Shown here one piece after another: positions 57,247-64,000 of a stretch of 64,000 nucleotides of DNA. Origin of the DNA: an uncultured Pelagibacteraceae bacterium (GTDB taxonomy: Bacteria > Pseudomonadota > Alphaproteobacteria > Pelagibacterales > AG-422-B15); the NCBI GenBank assembly GCA_902546615.1, contig CACCKE010000005.1, positions 19 through 64,018 of the forward strand. The letters are read 5' to 3'. Under the pieces are notes generated by a model, which was given only the letters and a program-made list of their open reading frames with translations, did no database searches and was not told the DNA's origin. A program made the translations under genes and the position numbers. Numbering within the stretch: position 1 is the stretch's first letter; each line of letters starts with the position of its first letter.

Positions 57247-58118
57247 AAAGAAAAAATGTTCTGATTACTGGGGCCAATAGTCCATTTGGTAAATATATTT
57301 GTTCATATTTAAAAAATAAAAATAATTTTAAAATATACGGTATCTCCAGAAGAGATGAAAATTTAGAAGAATTTGATGAGGTGTTCATTTTTGATATTAG
57401 AAAAAATATTATTCCAATTGAGTGTGAATTTGATTATATATTCCATGTTGCCTCTGCTGTTCCTAGCAAATATAATATTGACCAGGATTTTTTTGACATA
57501 AATGTTAATGGGTCTTTATCTCTTTTTAGATCAATCAAAATTTCTAATAAAGCTGTTATAATTAATATGTCATCAACTTCAGTTTATGATGATCCTGATA
57601 ATGAATTCATAAATGAAGAATCAAAAAAAGAGGTAAAAAAAGCTTACGGCCTATCTAAATTAACTTTTGAAAATGAATTACATAAACTTTTTTTTAACAA
57701 AGAATGCATGCTTATTACCTTGAGAATCCCTGTGTTACTTGTTCCTGAAATTAAGGGAAATTTTATCTCTTCATGGGCAAGTAAAATTATTAATGGTCAA
57801 CAAATAACTCTTTATAATCCCAACTCACTACTAAATGCAGTAATCAGTGGAAAATCTATTATTCAGTATGCTTTATATGCGGATTACCAAAATAAAAAAA
57901 TTACAATGAATTTAGCAAGTAAAAATGCAATTAAAATAATTGAGGTTGCTAAAATAATGTCTAAGATATTAGATAAGAAACTAATTTATATTGAAGAGAA
58001 AAATGATAGGTTAAATCAGCAAATTGTAACAAATTTAGCTGAAGATAATGGTTTTAAGATCCCAGATTTAAAAACAATAATTAAGGATTTTACCTCCACT
58101 TGTAAAAACTATGTTTAG
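57243..58118 (+). CDS. SDR-family sugar-nucleotide reductase/epimerase (divergent)
   Basis: VLITGANSPFGKY, MSSTSVY and YGLSKLTFE. ATGA overlap with the upstream gene. Confidence 0.6.
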   Translation: MKRKNVLITGANSPFGKYICSYLKNKNNFKIYGISRRDENLEEFDEVFIFDIRKNIIPIECEFDYIFHVASAVPSKYNIDQDFFDINVNGSLSLFRSIKISNKAVIINMSSTSVYDDPDNEFINEESKKEVKKAYGLSKLTFENELHKLFFNKECMLITLRIPVLLVPEIKGNFISSWASKIINGQQITLYNPNSLLNAVISGKSIIQYALYADYQNKKITMNLASKNAIKIIEVAKIMSKILDKKLIYIEEKNDRLNQQIVTNLAEDNGFKIPDLKTIIKDFTSTCKNYV

Positions 58119-58905
58119 TAAATACATTGAAGATCAATCTTCTGATGCCATCGAGTTAATTAATAAAGGATACAAAATAATTAACGTCGAAAACCTGGAA
58201 CTCCTAAGCAATATTCTAGCTCAGTTTAAGAATTACTTAAAAGAACAGAATAATATTGTAGTAAAAGACTTATCAGAATTACATAATCATTTAGATATAA
58301 AAAATCTAAACTCTATACGTCATGGTTTTTATGAAAAATTAAATAAGGAAAGCTCTTTTTCTAAAACATACCTGGAATTAGCCTTTAAAACTATAAACGA
58401 TGTTGTTGGATCTGAATTAGCAGCAAATAGATCTGTAAACTTTTCAATACAAATACCTAATGACACAACTTCAAAACTTGGTATTCACAGTGATTGTTTT
58501 AGCGGAGAAAGTGAATTCCAAATTAATTTATGGGTGCCCCTAACAGATGCGAGAGATACAAACTCCATGTTTATTTTTAATCCAGATTTTTCAAGAGACG
58601 TCATTAATAATATTAGTAAATTTGAGAAATTAGGTATTGAAAATTTATTAAATGAGCATGAAGATCAGTATGAGTTTGTAAATTTAAGTTTTGGAGAAGC
58701 ATTAGTATTTACACCTACTTGTCTTCATGGCAATGTAATAAATACTACTCAAAAAACTAGAATTTCTTTTAATTGTAGATACAAAAATTTATTTTCTCCA
58801 TATTGTAAAAATGAAGAAAATGAAAAGAAATTAGGAACATTTTATATTCCTATTACTCCTAAAGCCGCAACAATTATTGGTTTAAAAAATAAAATTAAAT
58901 ACTAA
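58111..58905 (+). CDS. putative Fe(II)/2-oxoglutarate oxygenase (carbohydrate-cluster type)
   Basis: Candidate facial triad GIHSDCF (HxD) plus the distal TCLHGN, and an R in RISFNCRY. Assignment is tentative. Confidence 0.5.
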   Translation: MFSKYIEDQSSDAIELINKGYKIINVENLELLSNILAQFKNYLKEQNNIVVKDLSELHNHLDIKNLNSIRHGFYEKLNKESSFSKTYLELAFKTINDVVGSELAANRSVNFSIQIPNDTTSKLGIHSDCFSGESEFQINLWVPLTDARDTNSMFIFNPDFSRDVINNISKFEKLGIENLLNEHEDQYEFVNLSFGEALVFTPTCLHGNVINTTQKTRISFNCRYKNLFSPYCKNEENEKKLGTFYIPITPKAATIIGLKNKIKY

Positions 58906-59315
58906 TGAAATATCTCAATGGATATGTCACCGTAAGACGTTTTAAAGGATTTGCTTTACCTGTTCCAGTACAAAATAGATTACTTAGAGAGTATGCAAAT
59001 AAATTAGATATGGTTTATGTCTTACCTCAATGTGAAATGGTGACAAATAAAAATTATATGATGTTGTTTGAAACATTAGATAAAATGAAAGAAAATAGTG
59101 ATTTAGGAATGTGCAGTGTTTTTATGTTTCCTGAAGACCAAAAGAAAGCTATGGATATTATGGAAATAATAATAAAAAAAAATATTACATTACATTTTGT
59201 TTTCAATGAAAGCTCTGTTAAACCTAATGAAATAAAGGAGTATTACATTAATAGTAATATCGATACTATTTTAGGAATACAGAATAAAGATAGTTTTATA
59301 AGCCTTTTTGAATAA
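58905..59315 (+). CDS. uncharacterised 136-aa protein (possibly the LIC12192-like 'sporadic carbohydrate cluster' family)
   Basis: Operon-embedded: TAATG junction with the upstream gene. GYVTVRRFKGFALPVPVQNRLLREYA at the N-terminus. The family recollection is unverified. Confidence 0.45.
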   Translation: MKYLNGYVTVRRFKGFALPVPVQNRLLREYANKLDMVYVLPQCEMVTNKNYMMLFETLDKMKENSDLGMCSVFMFPEDQKKAMDIMEIIIKKNITLHFVFNESSVKPNEIKEYYINSNIDTILGIQNKDSFISLFE

Positions 59316-59335
59316 AAATTTTAAAAAAAATTAAA

Positions 59336-59527
59336 ATGAATTGTATCAATTGCAAAACTAAATTCAAAAAAATTGATTTAGATAATAACCAGATAAAATG
59401 CGTGTACTGTGAGAGTATTTACTTCATAATTGAAAAAATTCCAGTAATGCTCAATAAAGAAAATGATTTCTATAATTACAATAGAATATTTAAAAGATAT
59501 ATCGGTATGAAAAATGAAACGTCTTAG
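59336..59527 (+). CDS. Trm112-like zinc-ribbon protein (63 aa)
   Basis: CINC...CVYC four-Cys ribbon followed by YFIIEKIPVML, matching the Trm112/UPF0434 pattern. Its 3' end overlaps the next methyltransferase gene by 14 nt. Confidence 0.6.
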   Translation: MNCINCKTKFKKIDLDNNQIKCVYCESIYFIIEKIPVMLNKENDFYNYNRIFKRYIGMKNETS

Positions 59528-60176
59528 TCTCAATTTTAATGAAAAAAGAGAAATTAAGTCTCATGAGACAAATGATATATCTCCTATGGATTGGATGAAA
59601 ATTTGGAAGGTAGATGATACATATTTTGATAGTGATAGAAAATTTGGCTATGGTGGGTATAAATATGACGGAAGATGGAAAGACGTTGTTGAACAATTGA
59701 TCCTAAAATTTAACCTAAATAAGAACTCAAACCTACTTGATCTTGGTTGTGCAAAAGGCTATTTGGTTAATGATTTCAATAATAATGCTAATGTAGGATC
59801 AGCAAGTGGAGTAGATATAAGCATATACGCTCTTCTAGAGGGATACAAAGAAAATATTAATGGAAATCTTTATTGTGCAAATTTTACTCATCTACCATTT
59901 GAAAATAAAGAATTTGAAATAGTATTTTGTAAAGATAGCTTACATAATATTCTTCTAAAAAAAGAAGTAGAAAATTCTTTACGGGAAATAAATAGAGTTG
60001 GCAAAATATCTTGGATAAGAGTTGGGGCATATAAGTCAAACCATCAAAAAAAAATTATTGACAATTGGGCTACTTTTGCGACAACTTATTTGCATGTTGA
60101 TGAATGGTTAGAACTTTTTGATAAAGTAAACTACGATGGTTACTATGACTGGTTCCATCCATCAGAGGAAGTATAA
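59514..60176 (+). CDS. class I SAM-dependent methyltransferase
   Basis: Motif I LLDLGCAKGYL, GVDIS and FEIVFCKDSLHN. Confidence 0.7.
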   Translation: MKRLSLNFNEKREIKSHETNDISPMDWMKIWKVDDTYFDSDRKFGYGGYKYDGRWKDVVEQLILKFNLNKNSNLLDLGCAKGYLVNDFNNNANVGSASGVDISIYALLEGYKENINGNLYCANFTHLPFENKEFEIVFCKDSLHNILLKKEVENSLREINRVGKISWIRVGAYKSNHQKKIIDNWATFATTYLHVDEWLELFDKVNYDGYYDWFHPSEEV

Positions 60177-60178
60177 GC

Positions 60179-60814
60179 TTGACTACACTATTTTTTGGAA
60201 CAACCGGTGGATGTTTAGATGCTTTCTATTTATTTAAAGAATTATATCCAGATGATGCTGATATGGCATTCTTATCTGATAGCCACCGTGTAAACGATAT
60301 AGTTTGTGGAGTCAAAATAGTAGGTGGGTTTAATGATATAAAAAACTCGCAATTTAAAAATTCTAATTTTGTTTTTCAGTGTGGCTCGGTAACTAACCAT
60401 ATCAATAGAAATTTTTGGTTTGAGTTGGCCATCAGAAATGGCATGAAACCTGTAAAGCTTGTATCAAAATTTGCTTATGTTCATGAAACTGCTGTTGTAG
60501 GCTTTGGTTCAATAATTTATCCAGGGGTAAAAATAATGGCTAACGTTAAAATTGGATCAAACTGTATTATTTTACCAAATACTGTAATAAATCATGATAG
60601 CTTGATAGAAGACTACTCAATTATAAATAGCTCATGTGTAATCAATGGAAACGTTAATATCGGAAATAAATCCTACATAGGTTCAATGTCCTCAATTAAA
60701 GAAAAAATTAATATTACTCCAAAAACTACAATTGGTATGTCTTCCTCAGTATTATCAGATATAAAAGAACCAGGTATTTATTTTGGCTCTCCAGCAAAAA
60801 AGAATAAAAGTTAA
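60179..60814 (+). CDS. sugar N-/O-acyltransferase, hexapeptide-repeat (PglD/NeuD family)
   Basis: N-terminal Rossmann-like half, then hexapeptide repeats (VGFGSIIYPGVKIMANVKIGSNCIILPNTVINHDSLI...). TTG start. Confidence 0.75.
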   Translation: MTTLFFGTTGGCLDAFYLFKELYPDDADMAFLSDSHRVNDIVCGVKIVGGFNDIKNSQFKNSNFVFQCGSVTNHINRNFWFELAIRNGMKPVKLVSKFAYVHETAVVGFGSIIYPGVKIMANVKIGSNCIILPNTVINHDSLIEDYSIINSSCVINGNVNIGNKSYIGSMSSIKEKINITPKTTIGMSSSVLSDIKEPGIYFGSPAKKNKS

Positions 60815-60818
60815 ATTT

Positions 60819-62009
60819 TTATTTTAAATTAGGATTTATATCATCAATCTTTTGCCATTTCTCAATAGGTACTGGATGATGGTTTTCAAAACCCTCTTTT
60901 ACTATTCGTTTTAGCTCAAATGCTTGCTCAATACAGTCATCTATATCAACTAAATATCTGTAACTACCTGCCCTCCCTAATGAAAAAACTCCGTCTGGCA
61001 TCAGTTTATGATATTCTCTAGCAATCAACATTTGTTCTTTCATCGGTACTGGATAATGGCGACCATTTTTTGAAGGAACTTCCATGCCTATCAAAGAATT
61101 TTTGTCTACATGCTGTGTGAATTTTTTATATTCAACGAGCCTCGTGTGTTTTTCTTTATTCGCATAATACAAGAAATAGACGTGATCTGGAAATACAAAT
61201 TCAGACGGAAAAACCATAAGATGAATATCTCTTCCAATATATGGAAGTTCGCCAAGACAATTATTAAATAAAATATCTGGTGATATAGTACTTATGATTA
61301 AATCGTAAGTATATTTTTCATCATCAATATAAACAGATTTATTTGGTATATCAAAACTCTGGATATTTGTTTTTAATTTAACTGAACATTTATCTACTAT
61401 ACTGTCAAAAAATTTATTGTAACCGTCCTTTGCTATAGGATAAGCAGACATGAGTGTATCATGAAATGCTGCTCTGGGGCCTTCTTGAATTTTTACACCT
61501 TTAGGAGACCATTTAAAAGTATCAATTTGATTTGCGTTACTAACTTGCCACATTTTTTCAGTATAGTTTTTTATTATTTTTTTATATAATGTAGGTCCTA
61601 TAGATCTTATCCAATATTCTTCAAAATCTTTGGCGTGCTCTACACCAGATGCATTTTCTAACTCTGATAATATTTTATCTGAGTCTGGCATAGAACGAAC
61701 ATCATCCATATGAATAGGAAAATTATAAAAGTTATTATCTTGCTCTACATAACTTAAAAATTGGTGATCCCCACAATCTCGGAGTGGCACTATTGAGTTA
61801 AGATAGTTATATATTTCGATGTTTTTTGTAATAAAATGTCGTGGACCAAAAGTATAAGGATGGCCACCATAGTAATGAGTCCTTACTCCTGCCCCAAGTT
61901 GATTTGCATTATCGACAAGAGTTATGTTCCAACCCCCTATCTCATTTAATTTATGAACAGATGCACAGCCTGCGGGACCTCCTCCTATAATTAAAGCTTT
62001 TTTACTCAT
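60819..62009 (-). CDS. glf: UDP-galactopyranose mutase (FAD-dependent)
   Basis: MSKKALIIGGGPAGCAS dinucleotide motif, YTEKMWQ and GRAGSYRYLVDIDD. The start is set at ATG 62009, not the ORF-track 62042, because of the upstream small ORF. Confidence 0.8.
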   Translation of the reverse strand: MSKKALIIGGGPAGCASVHKLNEIGGWNITLVDNANQLGAGVRTHYYGGHPYTFGPRHFITKNIEIYNYLNSIVPLRDCGDHQFLSYVEQDNNFYNFPIHMDDVRSMPDSDKILSELENASGVEHAKDFEEYWIRSIGPTLYKKIIKNYTEKMWQVSNANQIDTFKWSPKGVKIQEGPRAAFHDTLMSAYPIAKDGYNKFFDSIVDKCSVKLKTNIQSFDIPNKSVYIDDEKYTYDLIISTISPDILFNNCLGELPYIGRDIHLMVFPSEFVFPDHVYFLYYANKEKHTRLVEYKKFTQHVDKNSLIGMEVPSKNGRHYPVPMKEQMLIAREYHKLMPDGVFSLGRAGSYRYLVDIDDCIEQAFELKRIVKEGFENHHPVPIEKWQKIDDINPNLK

Positions 62010-62013
62010 TATC

Positions 62014-62166
62014 CTAGAAGATAGTATAGATAAATGGTGCAATTATAGAACTTTCACCAAGTATTATTAAAAAACCAAAAATAACTGAAAAAATAATTAT
62101 AGGAATTAACCAAAACTTTTTTCGCTCAATTGCAAAGCTCCATAAATCTGATATTAATTCTTTCAT
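62014..62166 (-). CDS. small (50-aa) single-TM protein, SxtK/DUF5989-like; not in the supplied ORF track
   Basis: Hand translation: MKELISDLWSFAIERKKFWLIPIIIFSVIFGFLIILGESSIIAPFIYTIF*. ATG at 62166, TAG at 62016..62014. It sits 3 nt after the upstream stop and 4 nt before the glf start. Confidence 0.6.
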   Translation of the reverse strand: MKELISDLWSFAIERKKFWLIPIIIFSVIFGFLIILGESSIIAPFIYTIF

Positions 62167-62169
62167 CCC

Positions 62170-62406
62170 TTAAAATGGTCTTTCATAATCTTTAATTGTT
62201 TTTACTATACTTTGTTTAACATCGCTTTGTTTATAGTATGTTTGAACATTTTTATCAAAACCTAAGAAATTACTTTTTTTTAGTATTTTTCTTAATATAC
62301 CAATGGGGATAAATATAAATATAAATAAAATTAACATAAGAATAGTTGTATTAACAACATTTAGAAAAGAAGATATTTTTTTTAAGTTTATATATATTAA
62401 ATTCAT
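62170..62406 (-). CDS. small (78-aa) membrane protein, possibly SxtJ-like
   Basis: One TM (ILMLILFIFIFIPIGIL) followed by a basic, conserved-looking tail LRKILKKSNFLGFDKNVQTYYKQ. It starts 2 nt after the carbamoyltransferase stop. Confidence 0.5.
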   Translation of the reverse strand: MNLIYINLKKISSFLNVVNTTILMLILFIFIFIPIGILRKILKKSNFLGFDKNVQTYYKQSDVKQSIVKTIKDYERPF

Positions 62407-62408
62407 GA

Positions 62409-64000
62409 TTAATCAGGGTTAATATTACTATAATCTTTTTTGAACGATTCAATTTTACTACTGTTCTGCCATAGTTTATCAAGAAAAATATTTTCTAATA
62501 CTAAAATATTCATACCTGTTTTCATAAAACACTCATAAGCTTCTTTAGGATTGCATACGATGGGTTCTCCTCTTACATTAAAAGAAGTATTTACAAGAAT
62601 TGGACAGTCTGTAATTTCTTCAAAATGAGACAGTAAACTATGGAGCTTATAGTTTTGATCCTTTGTAACAGTTTGAATTCTGGCACTATAATCAACATGT
62701 GTAACGGCGGGTATTTTTGATATTTTTATACTTAGTTTTTTAAACCCCGAGATATTCTTATTATTTATAATGTTTACTTTCTTTTCATCAGTTACTTCAG
62801 AAACAATTAACATGTAAGGACTTTCTATATTTAATTTAAACCAATCTGTAAGTTTCTCATATTTAATAACTGGAGCAAAAGGTCTAAATGACTCTCGATT
62901 TTTTATTTTAATATTCATTAAATGTTGCATATCTTTATTAAGAGGACTTCCAATTATAGATCTATTTCCAAGTGCGCGGGGGCCGAACTCCATCCTTCCT
63001 TGAAACCATCCAACAACACTGTCATTTTTTATCTCTAATGCTACTCTTTTAAAAATCTCTTTTTCAGTAAGTTCTCTATAATTTGCACCAACTAAGTCTA
63101 GGTAATTCTTTATTTCTTCATTGCTATATTTATTTCCCAAGTAAGAATATTTCATTTTGTCTTTATTGCTTATTTCTCTCTTTTTGCCCAAATACTCATA
63201 CCATGCAAGAAGACTAGCACCCAATGACCCCCCTGCATCTCCGGCGGCAGGCTGTATCCAGATATTTTTAAATTTTCCTTTGTTAACAATCTTGCCGTTT
63301 AAAACACAATTAAGAGCTACACCTCCCGCTAAACATAAATTATTTATTTCAAATTCTTCATATAATTTGTCTAAAATTTTCAAAACAATTTCCTCCAAAA
63401 CAACTTGAATAGATTTAGCAAGATCCATTTCCTTTTGTGTAATCTCTGTTTCAGGTTTTCTTGGTTTACCGCCGAAAAGATTATCAAATTTTTTACTTGT
63501 CATTTTCAATCCTGTGGCAAAATCAAAATAACTCATATCAAGCCTAAAAGAGCCATCATCTTTAATATCAATCAGATTATTTTTGATATCATTTACATAA
63601 GTAGCATTGCCATAAGGGGCCAAACCCATTAACTTGTATTCACCTGAATTGACTTTAAAACCTGCATAATACGTAAATGCTGAATATAATAATCCTAAAC
63701 TATGTGGGAATTCTAAAGATCGAATTTTCTTAATCGTATTTTTTTTACCAACCCAAATACTGCTTGTATCCCACTCTCCAACACCATCTAATGTTAATAT
63801 TAATGCTTCCTCAAAAGGACTTGGGAAAAACGCAGATGCAGCGTGAGATTTATGATGATCACTAAATAGCAGATTTGGTAACTTATTATTATCTTTTTTA
63901 TGAGCAATTTTTTTGAGTTCCTTAATAATATTTTGTTTAGTAAATAATTTATTTTTTATCCAAATCGGTAAGGCTCTTGCAAATGAAGAAAAGCCTCTAG
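62409..64000 (-). CDS. carbamoyltransferase, NodU/CmcH family; 5' end beyond the window
   Basis: My hand translation found no in-frame stop from 63630 to 64000 (...DHHKSHAASAFFPSPFEEALILTLDGVGEWDTSSIWVG...PHSLGLLYSAFTYYAGFKVNSGEYKLMGLAPYG...). Further motifs: LAGGVALNCV, QPAAGDAGGSLGA and NTSFNVRGEPIV. Confidence 0.85.
   Translation of the reverse strand, partial: RGFSSFARALPIWIKNKLFTKQNIIKELKKIAHKKDNNKLPNLLFSDHHKSHAASAFFPSPFEEALILTLDGVGEWDTSSIWVGKKNTIKKIRSLEFPHSLGLLYSAFTYYAGFKVNSGEYKLMGLAPYGNATYVNDIKNNLIDIKDDGSFRLDMSYFDFATGLKMTSKKFDNLFGGKPRKPETEITQKEMDLAKSIQVVLEEIVLKILDKLYEEFEINNLCLAGGVALNCVLNGKIVNKGKFKNIWIQPAAGDAGGSLGASLLAWYEYLGKKREISNKDKMKYSYLGNKYSNEEIKNYLDLVGANYRELTEKEIFKRVALEIKNDSVVGWFQGRMEFGPRALGNRSIIGSPLNKDMQHLMNIKIKNRESFRPFAPVIKYEKLTDWFKLNIESPYMLIVSEVTDEKKVNIINNKNISGFKKLSIKISKIPAVTHVDYSARIQTVTKDQNYKLHSLLSHFEEITDCPILVNTSFNVRGEPIVCNPKEAYECFMKTGMNILVLENIFLDKLWQNSSKIESFKKDYSNINPD

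Noticed and set aside
58905-59315. A resolvase-like N-terminal pattern (GYVTVRRF...VQN...L..YA) suggesting a serine recombinase or mobile element
   Set aside because: The catalytic Ser position is not conserved (RR replaces VS). The protein is only 136 aa, has no HTH domain, and is embedded in a biosynthetic operon.
63627-63629. The ORF-track Met at 63629 as the carbamoyltransferase start
   Set aside because: In my hand translation the frame upstream stays open to nt 64000. It encodes the conserved N-terminal half of NodU/CmcH enzymes (HHKSHAASAFFPSPFEEA, DGVGEW), so the gene is truncated by the window and does not start at 63629.
1-64000. A search for defence systems, CRISPR arrays, prophage or transposon genes, toxin-antitoxin pairs, tRNA/rRNA and riboswitches
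   Set aside because: I recognised no nuclease, helicase, Cas, restriction-modification, integrase or transposase motifs in any ORF. No direct-repeat array was seen. Non-coding gaps are at most 114 nt, too short for tRNA or rRNA genes, and none showed a convincing conserved RNA structure.

Overview
This is an AT-rich bacterial window (roughly 30% G+C by eye, not computed). It is very gene-dense: about 98% is coding, and most gene junctions are 0-30 nt or overlap. Almost all of it is one contiguous island for cell-surface glycan biosynthesis (LPS O-antigen, capsule or protein glycan).

Only 2..1298 looks like a housekeeping flank: a 5'-truncated trhO and gmhB. From 1384 to the right edge I support about 65 further genes. 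A carbamoyltransferase gene runs off the window at 64000.

The island contains these groups of genes:
- Assembly genes: a Wzz-like regulator, two Wzy_C-family membrane proteins, a PglC-type initiating transferase, a CapD/PglF-type dehydratase and one fused ABC exporter.
- A WbpB/E/D-like set, plus a WbuX/HisH/HisF-like amidotransferase trio (acetamidino di-N-acyl uronic acid logic).
- A CDP-hexose route: RfbF, RfbG, a cupin epimerase, a C-methyltransferase and a reductase.
- Two separate NeuB-type nonulosonic-acid modules. One is Sps/Pse-like and has formyltransferases. The other is NeuC/NeuB/NeuA.
- A TviB/TviC-like pair.
- Dispersed heptose genes: gmhA, gmhB and a reversed-order HldE-like fusion.
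- A tightly coupled ten-gene operon led by a split transketolase.
- Glf.
- A carbamoyltransferase followed by SxtJ-like and SxtK-like small membrane proteins.

A complete SET-domain methyltransferase gene sits inside the assembly operon.

I found no tRNA, rRNA, CRISPR array, transposase, integrase or recognisable defence gene. The most novel-looking content is uncharacterised glycan chemistry, not a defence or mobile system. The composition and compactness resemble the hypervariable glycosylation islands of streamlined marine bacteria such as SAR11. That is inference only.
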